Positions 11,111 to 21,271 of a stretch of DNA of 64,000 nucleotides are shown here, one piece after another. The translations under genes were made by a program, and so were the position numbers. Each line of letters opens with the position of its first letter. Position 1 is the first letter of the stretch. The stretch is taken from NCBI RefSeq assembly GCF_022640935.1, contig NZ_JALCCV010000002.1, positions 52,331 to 116,330 of the forward strand. Direction: 5' to 3'. The notes under the pieces are model-generated. The model had not been told where the DNA came from. It saw only the letters and a program-made list of their open reading frames with translations, and searched no databases. The stretch comes from Bifidobacterium sp. GTDB taxonomy: Bacteria; Actinomycetota; Actinomycetes; Actinomycetales; Bifidobacteriaceae.

Positions 11111-12298
11111 GTGTCAAACATGTCGTGGACCATGTCCGAAAAACGGCGTATGATTGGCGAGGTCACCGCCGGTGGCCACCTTGCGCGAAAGAAAGGTGTG
11201 CCCTTGTCCGTCGAATATGTGTCGCAAGTCGATTCCACTGCTGAAGATGCTCCTATTGGAAATGGCATTGCTGAAAACAGCGTTGGCGAAACCGCCGCTG
11301 CTGCATCGGCCAAGGCCCCTGACTATCCTTCGTCGCTTGTCGGCACCAGCGTGGTGACGCTTGACGACATATCGACGCAGCAGATACGCGAACTGTTGCA
11401 TCGGGCGCAATACATCGACGCCCATCGTACGACCGTGGCCCACACCTGCGACGGCAGGGTGCTGGCCACGTTGTTTTATGAACCGAGCACGCGCACGCGC
11501 CTGAGCTTCGAAACCGCGATGCTTCGCCTCGGCGGACAGGTCATTGGCTTCGCCGGCGCGCAGCTCTCCTCGGTGAGCAAGGGCGAGTCGATCGCCGATA
11601 CGCTCAAAACCGTGTCCAACTACGTCGATGTCGTCGCCATCCGTCATCCCAAGGAGGGCGCGGCGCTAGTGGCTTCGCACGCGGCTTCGGTGCCGGTCAT
11701 CAACGCGGGCGACGGCGGGCATATGCACCCCACGCAGACGCTGGCCGACCTCGCCACGTTGCAATCGCGCTTCGGGCGCATCAACGACCTGACCGTCGGA
11801 TTGTGCGGCGACCTCACCTTCGGCCGCACCGTACACAGCCTGATCGAGACGCTGTGCCGCTTCGGCCATGTCCGCTTCGTGCTCATCAGCCCCGATGAGC
11901 TCAAGACGCCGCAGTATGTACTTGACCGCATCAACGCGACCGAGACCTGCTCATATGTCGAGGCGAGCGATCTGGCCGAGAATATTGGCGACCTTGACGT
12001 GCTCTACATGACGCGCGTGCAGAAGGAGCGTTTCTTTAACGAGGACGATTATCTGCGGCTGCGCGACACCTACATCCTCGACGCCGACAAGATGCGCCTG
12101 GCGAAGCAGGACATGGCGGTGCTGCACCCGCTGCCACGCGTCAACGAAATCGCCGTCGAGGTGGATGACGACCCGCGCGCCGCCTACTTCGAGCAGGTGA
12201 AGAATGGCATGCTCATGCGCATGGCGCTCGAAAGCGCAGTGATAGGAGACGTGCTGCCCGGCTATGAACCGCTGCAGCGGAAGGAGGTGCGGGCCTGA
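11111..12298 (+). CDS. pyrB: Aspartate carbamoyltransferase catalytic subunit (start uncertain, long N-terminal extension)
   Basis: FYEPSTRTRLSF, HPTQTLADL, VLHPLPRVNEI. Confidence 0.95.
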   Translation: MSNMSWTMSEKRRMIGEVTAGGHLARKKGVPLSVEYVSQVDSTAEDAPIGNGIAENSVGETAAAASAKAPDYPSSLVGTSVVTLDDISTQQIRELLHRAQYIDAHRTTVAHTCDGRVLATLFYEPSTRTRLSFETAMLRLGGQVIGFAGAQLSSVSKGESIADTLKTVSNYVDVVAIRHPKEGAALVASHAASVPVINAGDGGHMHPTQTLADLATLQSRFGRINDLTVGLCGDLTFGRTVHSLIETLCRFGHVRFVLISPDELKTPQYVLDRINATETCSYVEASDLAENIGDLDVLYMTRVQKERFFNEDDYLRLRDTYILDADKMRLAKQDMAVLHPLPRVNEIAVEVDDDPRAAYFEQVKNGMLMRMALESAVIGDVLPGYEPLQRKEVRA

Positions 12299-12717
12299 TG
12301 GAGGTCACCAGCATCCAAAACGGCATTATCATCGACCATGTCCCGGCTGGCCGGGCGCTCAAAGTGCTCGAATACCTCAAAATCAACCCGGCCAAAACGC
12401 GGTTGGCGCTGATTATGAACACCACGAGCAACCGCTTCGGCTCGAAGGACATCATCAAGATCGAAACCGAGAAGGACATCAACCTTGACGTGCTCGGATT
12501 CGTGGCGCGGCAGGCGACAGTGGACATCGTGCGCGGCGGGGCCATCGTCGACAAGATAAGGCCGACTTTGCCCGATCATCTCGTCAACGTGCTCACCTGC
12601 GCGAACCCGCGCTGCGTGACCACCAGCGAGACGGGACTGGATCAGATGTTCCATCTCGCGCAGCGGGAGCGCGGCGAATACCGCTGCGATTACTGCGACG
12701 AAAAGGCAAAGCGGTAA
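12298..12717 (+). CDS. pyrI: Aspartate carbamoyltransferase regulatory subunit
   Basis: IQNGIIIDHV, KDIIKIE, Zn ligands CANPRC...CDYC. Confidence 0.93.
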   Translation: MEVTSIQNGIIIDHVPAGRALKVLEYLKINPAKTRLALIMNTTSNRFGSKDIIKIETEKDINLDVLGFVARQATVDIVRGGAIVDKIRPTLPDHLVNVLTCANPRCVTTSETGLDQMFHLAQRERGEYRCDYCDEKAKR

Positions 12718-12933
12718 TACCTCAACCGGCAATATGTCAAGTAACAGGGCTGATCGGCGATAGACCATGCGAAAACGCCGAACGGCAGCGATCAGCTGGC
12801 CAGGGAACCGACGAATGCAATGACCGTGGCCGCGCGGCGGAAACAGAGACAAGCCATAAACCGTACGGACGCATGCGCGAGTCGCGGCGGCATGTGAAAT
12901 GACTGAAAACGGCCCTGGAGCGAGGAGAATACG

Positions 12934-14505
12934 ATGCTCACACTGCGCAATATCCACGTCTGGGACACCGGCGAGCGCATCGATCTGCGCGTCGAGGCCG
13001 ACGAGGCTCGCGCTTTCGTCGATTCCGGTTGCATAACATCCGGCGAGGCCGACGGTTCGAATCTCACGCTTGCGCCCGGTTTCGCCGACCCGCATGTCCA
13101 CTTCCGAGATCCCGGTCAAACAGCCAAGGAAACCATGATCTCCGGCTGCCGGGCGGCGGCTTCTGGCGGGTACACGGATCTGCTCATCATGCCTAACACG
13201 GAGCCGGCCATCGATGGGCTGCCGGTCGACGCCGGGCAGCAGGGAGCCGCGGAAGTGCTCGACGCCGGGTATGGCACGGTGATCGATTATCTGCAGCATT
13301 ATGGGCAGGCCCATGGCATGGCGCTGCCTTCGCATTACGATCTGTCGGTTTGCGCTTCGAAAGGACGGGCGGGTGTCGAAGCGAGCGATCCGGCCGATTG
13401 GGGGCGGTATATCGCCGGGCACGGTGATGCTGCGAAGGACGCAGAGCAGCTCGACCACCCGATAGCGGCGATCAGCGACGACGGGTCAGCGGTGACTAAC
13501 GCAGTTCTGGACGCGGCTTTGGAGAACGCGAAACGGACCGGGCTGTGGATTTTGGAGCATTGCGAGCACCACGATTCCGGCATCATCAACGAGGGCGCAG
13601 TCTCTCGCCGGCTTGGCGTGCCGGGGATTCCTTCGGATACGGAACTTTCGATCGTCGCCAGAGATATCGACAAGGCCCGCGAGACCGGTGTCCATATCCA
13701 CTTCCAGCATGTGAGTACGGCAGGCTCCTTTGATGCGATCAGTAAAGCGAAGGCCGAAGGTTTGCCGATCACCTGTGAGACCGCGCCGCACTATCTGGCC
13801 TTGTGCGACGAGGATCTGCTCAAGTACGGCGCGCTCGCCAAGATGAACCCGCCGTTGCGCTCGGCGGCCGACAGGCAGGCAACCATCGAGGCCGTCGTCG
13901 ACGGCACGGTCGATATGATCGCCACCGACCATGCGCCGCACACTATCGAGGAGAAGCGGGCCGGGCTGGAATCGGCGCCGAACGGCATCATCGGCTTGGA
14001 AAGCGCGTACGCGGTCTGTCATACGGTGCTGGTCGACAGTGGATATATCGACGATCAGCGGCTCATCGAGCTGATGTCCTCTCAGCCGATGGAGTTGCTC
14101 GGTCGGCGGGCTGTTGATATTGATGGTTTGCTGGGCAAGTCGGTGGTGAATGCGTCGAACGGGAGCGCCCTTGCTCCTGATGTGGAATTGGGTGATTCCG
14201 CGGTCCATGGTGTGAACCATGGCGGCCCAATGGCTGGTGATGCTCATGACGGCATTCAATCACGCAGCTCTCCGGCTCGTCGAATCCTTGACTTTGCTGG
14301 GGTTTCGACTGCGTCATCAGCAGGTCGGTCGGGCATCGATCTTGTCCTTATCGACACCGATGCGAAGTGGGTCATCGACCCGGGGCGCTTCCACTCCAAG
14401 GCGCGCAACACGCCATTCGTCGGCTGGAACGTCACCGGCAGACCAGTAGCTACGATTCTGGATGGCCGGCTGGTCTTCAGCAGAATCGAGCGATCCGAGC
14501 GCTAG
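12934..14505 (+). CDS. pyrC: Dihydroorotase
   Basis: APGFADPHVHFRDPG, CETAPHYL, KMNPPLRS, IATDHAPH, SKARNTPF. Confidence 0.93.
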   Translation: MLTLRNIHVWDTGERIDLRVEADEARAFVDSGCITSGEADGSNLTLAPGFADPHVHFRDPGQTAKETMISGCRAAASGGYTDLLIMPNTEPAIDGLPVDAGQQGAAEVLDAGYGTVIDYLQHYGQAHGMALPSHYDLSVCASKGRAGVEASDPADWGRYIAGHGDAAKDAEQLDHPIAAISDDGSAVTNAVLDAALENAKRTGLWILEHCEHHDSGIINEGAVSRRLGVPGIPSDTELSIVARDIDKARETGVHIHFQHVSTAGSFDAISKAKAEGLPITCETAPHYLALCDEDLLKYGALAKMNPPLRSAADRQATIEAVVDGTVDMIATDHAPHTIEEKRAGLESAPNGIIGLESAYAVCHTVLVDSGYIDDQRLIELMSSQPMELLGRRAVDIDGLLGKSVVNASNGSALAPDVELGDSAVHGVNHGGPMAGDAHDGIQSRSSPARRILDFAGVSTASSAGRSGIDLVLIDTDAKWVIDPGRFHSKARNTPFVGWNVTGRPVATILDGRLVFSRIERSER

Positions 14506-14581
14506 ACGCCTCTGGCTTGGTGCAGATGTGGCGCAGCCAGAGTGATGGAATTTGAAGAGTATTCAGGAAAGGAACGAAGCC

Positions 14582-15601
14582 ATGGACCGTCTGATCGCGG
14601 CTATCAAGGCCACGCAGAATCCGAGCGTCGTCGGGCTGGACCCGACCACGCTGTTGGTGCCGCCCCAAGTGTTCGACATGGTGGGAGATAACATCAGTGA
14701 TGATACGGGTGCTGGGGACGGCGAATCAGAAAACGCCGCGCAACAAGTAGCTTCGCGCCTCGCCATGGGGTACTTCGAATTCAATCGAGTGGTCATCGAC
14801 GCCGTCGCCGACATCGTGCCTGCTGTCAAGGCGCAGATCGCGATGTACGAGGCGCTGGGGCCAGCTGGCATCGACGCGTACACGATGACGTGCGAATATG
14901 CGCAGCAGCAAGGATTGTACGTCATCGGCGACATCAAGCGCGGCGACATCGGCTCCACTGCAGCCGCCTACGCGCAGCATCTGAGCGGTTTGCCGCGGAT
15001 TGCGGACCCCTCTGTCGATACGCCGCGCGAAGGCGGTCCATATGACGATCTGTGGCATGAGGATGCGGTGACGGTCAACCCGTATCTCGGCACTGACGGC
15101 ATCACTCCTTTCGTGGATTCGGCGAAACGGACCGACAAGGGAATCTTTGTGCTGGTGCGCACCTCGAACCCGTCGAGCAAGGACATCCAGGAACTTGAAT
15201 TGGCATCGGGAGAACGGTTCTACGAGCATGTCGCCGATCTGGTGAGCAGCTGGGGGAGCGACTCGCTGGGAACCGAAGGATATTCGCGCGTAGGTGCCGT
15301 CGTGGGCGCGACCCATCCCCAGCAAGGCCGGGAATTACGCGAACGCATGCCGCACACGTTCTTCCTGGTTCCCGGATTCGGCGCGCAAGGCGGCACCGCG
15401 CAGGATGTGGCCGGCATGTTCGACGCGGACGGGTCGGGCTCCATCGTCAACTCCTCGCGCGGCATCATCGCAGCCTGGAAGGAATCCGGCGAATATCGCA
15501 GCGATATGACCGCCGACGAGGCGTTTGGCCTCGTGGCATCCGCGGCGCGGCGGGCAGCGCTCGACATGCGCGACGAGCTGCGCGTGGCCGTGTACCGGTG
15601 A
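14582..15601 (+). CDS. pyrF: Orotidine-5'-phosphate decarboxylase
   Basis: VVGLDP, DIKRGDIGST (DxKxxDI), TVNPYLG, LVRTSNP, FFLVPGFGAQGG, VNSSRGI. Confidence 0.94.
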   Translation: MDRLIAAIKATQNPSVVGLDPTTLLVPPQVFDMVGDNISDDTGAGDGESENAAQQVASRLAMGYFEFNRVVIDAVADIVPAVKAQIAMYEALGPAGIDAYTMTCEYAQQQGLYVIGDIKRGDIGSTAAAYAQHLSGLPRIADPSVDTPREGGPYDDLWHEDAVTVNPYLGTDGITPFVDSAKRTDKGIFVLVRTSNPSSKDIQELELASGERFYEHVADLVSSWGSDSLGTEGYSRVGAVVGATHPQQGRELRERMPHTFFLVPGFGAQGGTAQDVAGMFDADGSGSIVNSSRGIIAAWKESGEYRSDMTADEAFGLVASAARRAALDMRDELRVAVYR

Positions 15602-15842
15602 GCGTGGGAAGACAAACCCTGAGCGTATCGGTCTCGTGCGTTCCGAACCGATCGCTGCTCGCCTGACAATGAGAAACGGTTATTGATCGTCTGTTTTAAC
15701 GCGCAACATGAGTGTCGACGCGCGCATAGGGCACTTTTCTCCATGTCAGCCATGACGGGCGCGCGAACGAGAATATGTCGTATGGACGACGGCGATGGGA
15801 TACAACTGAATAATCAAAGGAACGGCAGGCGAAAGGACGAAA

Positions 15843-16628
15843 ATGAACACGGTAGACGCTGAGGGCGCGGCAACCACAGCAAACACGGGGAATCCGAAAA
15901 CACGGATTTCCGCCGTTTCGACGCGTGGGGAGGCGGCAGACTCGTTGGACAGCCGCTTCACCGCTTTCCTGTTGCAATCGCAGGCGCTGAAATTCGGCGA
16001 CTTCACCTTGAAATCCGGCAGGCGATCGCCGTATTTCATCAACGCAGGCGCGTTCAACGACGGCCGCAAAATTGCCACGCTCGGCGCCTTCTACGCCGAG
16101 CGCATCGCCACGTCCATAGCTGCCGGAACGCTGCCCTGTGACATAGACACCGTGTTCGGGCCGGCGTACAAAGGCATTCCGCTGGCCGTCTCCACTGCCA
16201 TCGCGCTGACCTCGATGCATGATGCGCATATCGGCTACACCTTCGACCGCAAGGAAATCAAGGATCACGGCGACGGCGGCATGCTCGTCGGCACCCAGCT
16301 GGGCGACGGCATGAAGGTGCTGCTCGTCGACGACGTCATGACGGCCGGAACCGCGGTGCGCGAGGTCGCGCCCAAGATCAAGGCGGCGGCAGACGTCGAA
16401 ATCGTCGGACTCATTCTCGCGGTGGACCGCATGGAGAAAACCAAGGATTCCGACCGTTCCGCCGTTTTCGCTGTGGAACAGGAGTTCGGCTTCCCGGTGA
16501 TTCCCATCGCCAACGTGCGCGAGATCTTCGCTGCCGCCGGGCAGATGACCGACGCCGAGGGCAAGCCCTTACTCAGCGCCGAACTCGCCCAGCGCGCCAA
16601 AGACTACCTCGCGCAATACGGTGCGTGA
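15843..16628 (+). CDS. pyrE: Orotate phosphoribosyltransferase
   Basis: [42 protein letters not shown] loop [12 protein letters not shown]. Confidence 0.95.
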   Translation: MNTVDAEGAATTANTGNPKTRISAVSTRGEAADSLDSRFTAFLLQSQALKFGDFTLKSGRRSPYFINAGAFNDGRKIATLGAFYAERIATSIAAGTLPCDIDTVFGPAYKGIPLAVSTAIALTSMHDAHIGYTFDRKEIKDHGDGGMLVGTQLGDGMKVLLVDDVMTAGTAVREVAPKIKAAADVEIVGLILAVDRMEKTKDSDRSAVFAVEQEFGFPVIPIANVREIFAAAGQMTDAEGKPLLSAELAQRAKDYLAQYGA

Positions 16629-17199
16629 CCAGAGGTGAGCAACTGAAGTTTCCATTGTCCGTTTGCATCGTCTGACTGGCTGAAACGTGGGCATGAAGAC
16701 AGTTGTCTGTCCTTTTCGGCTTGCATTCGATTTTGCCGCCTCATTCCGCTGTGGCAGTTGCTTGCTCTTTCTCGCCCTTGTCGTCTATGGCGACAAGAAA
16801 TAATTAATCGTGATGTCATGGACGGCAAGACTATCGATTCGTTACGATCCGAAGGGCGCTGAATATGTGCGAGGAACGAATGATGAGTGAACCGGTACGG
16901 CATATTATTCTTGACCAGCGAGAGACCGGGGTGCCAGAGCTGTTCAAACGCGACCTTGCCTTGGGGGACGCCCCTTAAGCCGGCGCATCGGGATTCCTGT
17001 GCGGAGACGTCAGACGGGGATCCTTGCCGCATGACCCGTTCGGTGCATACAGGTGATGCCATACTCGCCCCACGAATGACGGATGAGGTCATCCGGTGCG
17101 GCGTCTCCGATATGAGCGTCAACGCCGAAACGATTGCCTTCCAAGCCAGATTCGATTTCCTGGGCGAGATTCAAGCATCGCCACATCCATGTGATCGAT

Positions 17200-17520
17200 G
17201 CGATATGCAAAGCGCGCCGAAGAAGACGGGCATGGATGAGGATTCGGCGGAATCGAAGAAATCGTCCCGTTCCCTGCTGGGATTGAACTTCCTGCTCCTG
17301 CTCTATCGGCAGCACGGCTTATCCTGGCAGCTTTCGGGATGCAGCACGATGACGTCCCATGATTACCGGCCTGTGGCAGACGGTCGCCTTCAACGGCCAG
17401 CAGGCGTCAAACGCCTCTATGATCCGCGCGCTGCCCACCATGATGGGCAGCGCCATCGGGATGGCGCCTGTCGACCGAGTCAGGCAGATTGTAGTAATCG
17501 TTGCGGCAGCTGTTTTTCGA
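17200..17520 (+). pseudogene. Possible degraded MFS (sugar-porter-like) fragment
   Basis: Frameshifted hydrophobic pieces, including WQTVAFNGQQASNASMIRALPTMMGSAIGMAPVDRVR, which resembles the sugar-porter helix ending in 'LVDRxGR'. No intact ORF. Confidence 0.28.
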
Positions 17521-17559
17521 GGAGGAACCGATGAGGCATTACGAGTACCACGGAATCGC

Positions 17560-19380
17560 CTATCCTAGCCTTTTGCCGCGCGGCACGTAGATTACCGTGT
17601 CGATGACCTTGGCATAGGCCTGTTCGATGGCGGTGCGCTTGGTTTTCAGGCTCGGCGTGAGCAGGCCGTTCTCCGAGGTGAAGGAGCCGGGCAGAATCTC
17701 GAATTTGCGGATCGACTCGGCGCGCGAGACCGCGGTGTTCGCCTCGGCGACCGCGCGCTCCACCTCGTCATGGATGATGACGTTGCGGCTGGCCTGCTCC
17801 AAGCTCTCGACGGGCTTTGCGCCTTGGGTCTTGAGCCATTCGTTAGCATCGGCCAAGTCGATGGTGACCAGGGCAGCGACGAATGGCCTGCGGTCGCCGA
17901 TGACAAGGCATTGATCCACGACGGGCGAGGTCATGACGGAGGCCTCGAGGCCGCCGGGGGAGACGTTCTTGCCGCCTGCAGTGATGATGAGGTCTTTCTT
18001 GCGTCCGGTCAAGTGGATGAAGCCGTCGTGGTCGATGTCGCCAAGATCGCCGGTGTGCAGCCAGCCGTCCGTGATCTGTTCGGCGCTGACTTCGCGCTGG
18101 TTATGGTAGCCGCGGCAGGTCATTGGCCCTTTGATGCAGATTTCGTCATCGTCACCGATGCCGAAGGTCACGCCAGACAGCGGCTGGCCGATTGTGCCGA
18201 TCCGATTGCTGCCGGGCAGGCTCACAGACACTGGCCCGGCGGTTTCGGTCATGCCATAGCCTTCGAGTAGCGGCATGCCGATGCCATTGAAGAAGTGCGA
18301 GATCATCGGATCCATCGGGGCGCCGCCGGTGATGCAGAAATCGGCGTTTGATCCGAAGATGCGCAGGATCTGGCTGTAGATCGCCTTCGCGTAGAATGCG
18401 TGGCGGATGCGGCTGCCCAGCGGCAGGCGTTGACCGGACTGCTGAGCCACCGACCATTCCCGCGCGTTGTTTACCGCGCGCTTGAACAGCCGGCCTGCGA
18501 ACCCGCCGCCGGCCCGCTGTGACGCGGCGTTGTAGACCTTTTCGAATACGCGCGGCACTGCCAGCAGCAGCGTGGGATTGAACGACTGGAAATCGTCGAT
18601 GATTGTCGAGAAATTGCTGGAAAGCCCCAGCCGCAGGGTTCCAGCGAAACTCAGAATCTCCATATAGCGTGCGAAAACGTGCGAAAGCGGCAGGAACAGC
18701 AGCAGCCCACGATCGGGAATGTTGCAGGCGCGCGGCATGAATTGCAGGCCTGAGAGGCACAGGAAGGCGAAATTGGCGTGCGACAGCTCGACGCCCTTTG
18801 GCGTTCCGGTAGAGCCAGAGGTATAGACGATAGTCGCCAGATCATTGCCGTGCGTGGCCTTCCGGCGTTCTTCGAAGTCCTCAGTGCTTACGCCGGCGCC
18901 GAATTCCTTGATGATGCTGACTGCGCCGCGTTCGATGACGTAGACATCCTTGAGCGTGCCGACCTGGCTGCGCACGGATTCGATCTTCGCCAGCTGCCCC
19001 TCGTCTTCGGCGAAGGCCAATGTCACGGCGGAATCGTTGAGAATTGCGCGGATCTGCGCGGCGGAATTTGTCTCATAGACCGGGATGGTGACTCCGCCGA
19101 CAGCCATGATGGCCATGTCGAGCGCCGTCCACTCCCAGCGCGTATGGGAGACGATCGCGACGGCGTCGCCCTTTTTTACGCCCTTTGCGATAAGTCCCTT
19201 GGCTATAGCGACCACGATCTCAAGGAATTCGCGCCCGCTGAAATGCGCCCACGCATTGCCGTCCTTGTATTCGATCACCGGACCATCCGGATCGCGTTCG
19301 GCCCTGGATTGCACGAAATCGAAGAGATTGATGTCGATGTTGATCGGGTGCTGCAGTCCGGCAGTATATTGTTTTTTCAC
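17560..19380 (-). CDS. fadD: Long-chain fatty-acid--CoA ligase (AMP-binding)
   Basis: IVYTSGSTGTPKG, EGYGMTET, WLHTGDLG, GRKKDLIITAGGKNVSP; GTG start at 19380 with GGAGGAAAC RBS (the longer ORF call extends antisense into the neighbouring gene). Confidence 0.9.
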   Translation of the reverse strand: MKKQYTAGLQHPINIDINLFDFVQSRAERDPDGPVIEYKDGNAWAHFSGREFLEIVVAIAKGLIAKGVKKGDAVAIVSHTRWEWTALDMAIMAVGGVTIPVYETNSAAQIRAILNDSAVTLAFAEDEGQLAKIESVRSQVGTLKDVYVIERGAVSIIKEFGAGVSTEDFEERRKATHGNDLATIVYTSGSTGTPKGVELSHANFAFLCLSGLQFMPRACNIPDRGLLLFLPLSHVFARYMEILSFAGTLRLGLSSNFSTIIDDFQSFNPTLLLAVPRVFEKVYNAASQRAGGGFAGRLFKRAVNNAREWSVAQQSGQRLPLGSRIRHAFYAKAIYSQILRIFGSNADFCITGGAPMDPMISHFFNGIGMPLLEGYGMTETAGPVSVSLPGSNRIGTIGQPLSGVTFGIGDDDEICIKGPMTCRGYHNQREVSAEQITDGWLHTGDLGDIDHDGFIHLTGRKKDLIITAGGKNVSPGGLEASVMTSPVVDQCLVIGDRRPFVAALVTIDLADANEWLKTQGAKPVESLEQASRNVIIHDEVERAVAEANTAVSRAESIRKFEILPGSFTSENGLLTPSLKTKRTAIEQAYAKVIDTVIYVPRGKRLG

Positions 19381-19564
19381 GTTTCCTCCGCAAGCTTCCT
19401 TGAGTGCAAAACTGAGTGCGAAACCCAGCGCTCCACTGTGTGCCACAACCATAGTAGGACCAGTACGTAAAGAAGTGTATGCGGATGCCCGTTTGCGGTA
19501 TGTTCGACCGGGTGTAATGTGCGGAATGCGAACGGAATGACATATAGCTATGTAGGCGGCTGAC

Positions 19565-21142
19565 ATGAGGGAAACAAATATGATACAGGATTCAGAGGCG
19601 TCATTGGCCGCGGAACCGCCTCGGCGGCAGGCCGATAAGGGGAAGGATCGCAACAGGTTCAATCGCAAGGGAATCAACCCATGGGTCTCGCTGTGGTCGA
19701 TGATCATCGGATTTTTCATGATCCTGCTGGACACGACGATCGTAGCCGTGGCGAACCCGAGCATCCAAGAGGGCCTCGGAGTGGATGTCGGGACGGTACT
19801 GTGGGCCACGTCGGCGTATTTGCTCACGCTCACCGTTCCGATGCTCATCTCGGGAAGGCTGGGGGACCGTTTCGGCCAGCGCAACATATACCTGATCGGC
19901 CTAGGGATCTTCACGCTGTCGTCGCTGTGGTGCGGGCTGTCGTCCCAGCTGCCGGGCAGCCAGATCGGCAACCTGATCGCCGCGCGCTCGGTGCAGGGCA
20001 TCGGCGCGGCGCTCATCAGCCCGCAGACCATGGCCGTCATCCAGCGCATCTTCCCGCCTGCACGCAGGGGAGGGGCGATGGCAGTATGGGGCACCGTCGC
20101 TGGCGTCGCCACGATGGTGGGTCCTGTGCTCGGCGGATTCCTGGTCAACTCCTTCGGCTGGGAATGGATTTTCTTCATCAACGTACCCGTCGGCATCATC
20201 GCGCTGATTCTTGGGTGGGTGAACGTTCCAAAGCTCCAAACGCATACGCATTCCTTCGACTGGGTCGGCGTGGCCCTCTCCGCTGTCGCCGTCTTCTTCC
20301 TCGTCTTCGGGGTGCAGAGCGGCAATGCGCACCACTGGGGCGGCTGGATCATCGCATCCATCGCGTTCGGTGTCATAGTGTTCGCCCTTTTCTTCCTATG
20401 GCAGGCCCGTGCCGAAGGGGAGCCGCTGGTGCCGCTGAATCTGTTCAAAGACCGCAACTTCTCGGTGTCGTCGGCCGCCATTGTGTTCGTCGGTTTCGGG
20501 ATCACCTCCATGTCGGTGCCGCTGTACTACTACTTCCAGATCGTGCGCGGCCTCGACCCGACGCAGTCGGCGCTCATGACGCTGCCGTCGCCGATCCTCG
20601 GCATCATCCTCGCGCCGATTTCCGGCAAAATGATCGACCGCATGCATCCGCGTGCCATAGCCGTGCCGGGACTGCTGTGCTCCTCGTTGGGATTGTGGCT
20701 TTACGCGTGGATCGCGCAGGCGCAGACCGCCTGGAGCTGGCTGCTGGTGCCCTCGGTGTTTCTGGGCATCGGCAGCGCGTTCATGTGGGGGCCGCTGGGC
20801 GCGGTATCCACGCGCAATCTGCCGCCATACTTGGCGGGCGCGGCCTCAGGGGTATACAACACCGCGCGCCAGCTCGGCAGCGTTATCGGCTCGGCGGCAA
20901 TTGCCGCGCTCGTCTCCGCGCGGCTTGAGCATTATCTTCCAGACGTTTCGCAGCGTTTCTCCGGGATGTCGGCTGCAGACGCGCATATGCCGCTCGCCGT
21001 GGCGACTCGGTTCACCAATGCGATGAGGGATTCGCTGACGATGCCGGCCATGGCGCTGCTGATCGGCGCGCTGATCAGCGTGGCGCTCGTCGCGCCGCAC
21101 GTGTTCGCGCACAAGCAGACGCATGATTCGCAGCAGGGCTGA
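19565..21142 (+). CDS. DHA2 (EmrB/QacA) MFS drug efflux transporter
   Basis: About 14 TM segments; LLDTTIVAVANP, GRLGDRFGQR, ARSVQGIGAAL, GVYNTARQLGSVIG. Confidence 0.9.
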   Translation: MRETNMIQDSEASLAAEPPRRQADKGKDRNRFNRKGINPWVSLWSMIIGFFMILLDTTIVAVANPSIQEGLGVDVGTVLWATSAYLLTLTVPMLISGRLGDRFGQRNIYLIGLGIFTLSSLWCGLSSQLPGSQIGNLIAARSVQGIGAALISPQTMAVIQRIFPPARRGGAMAVWGTVAGVATMVGPVLGGFLVNSFGWEWIFFINVPVGIIALILGWVNVPKLQTHTHSFDWVGVALSAVAVFFLVFGVQSGNAHHWGGWIIASIAFGVIVFALFFLWQARAEGEPLVPLNLFKDRNFSVSSAAIVFVGFGITSMSVPLYYYFQIVRGLDPTQSALMTLPSPILGIILAPISGKMIDRMHPRAIAVPGLLCSSLGLWLYAWIAQAQTAWSWLLVPSVFLGIGSAFMWGPLGAVSTRNLPPYLAGAASGVYNTARQLGSVIGSAAIAALVSARLEHYLPDVSQRFSGMSAADAHMPLAVATRFTNAMRDSLTMPAMALLIGALISVALVAPHVFAHKQTHDSQQG

Positions 21143-21271
21143 GCAGGTATACGCGGGGCGTTAGCCGTCAAGGCTTTTGCCTCGTTGTTCGCGCACAGCG
21201 CTTAGCTCTTCGCAGACTCGCCGGAATTGCTAAGCTGAGTGGGGACAGAACAACGATGAAAGGACCTCGAT

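Noticed and set aside
19381-20511. N-terminal extension of the 983-aa ORF that would fuse extra sequence to the acyl-CoA ligase
   Set aside because: The extension is antisense to the DHA2 gene; a clear RBS and GTG at 19380 mark the real start.
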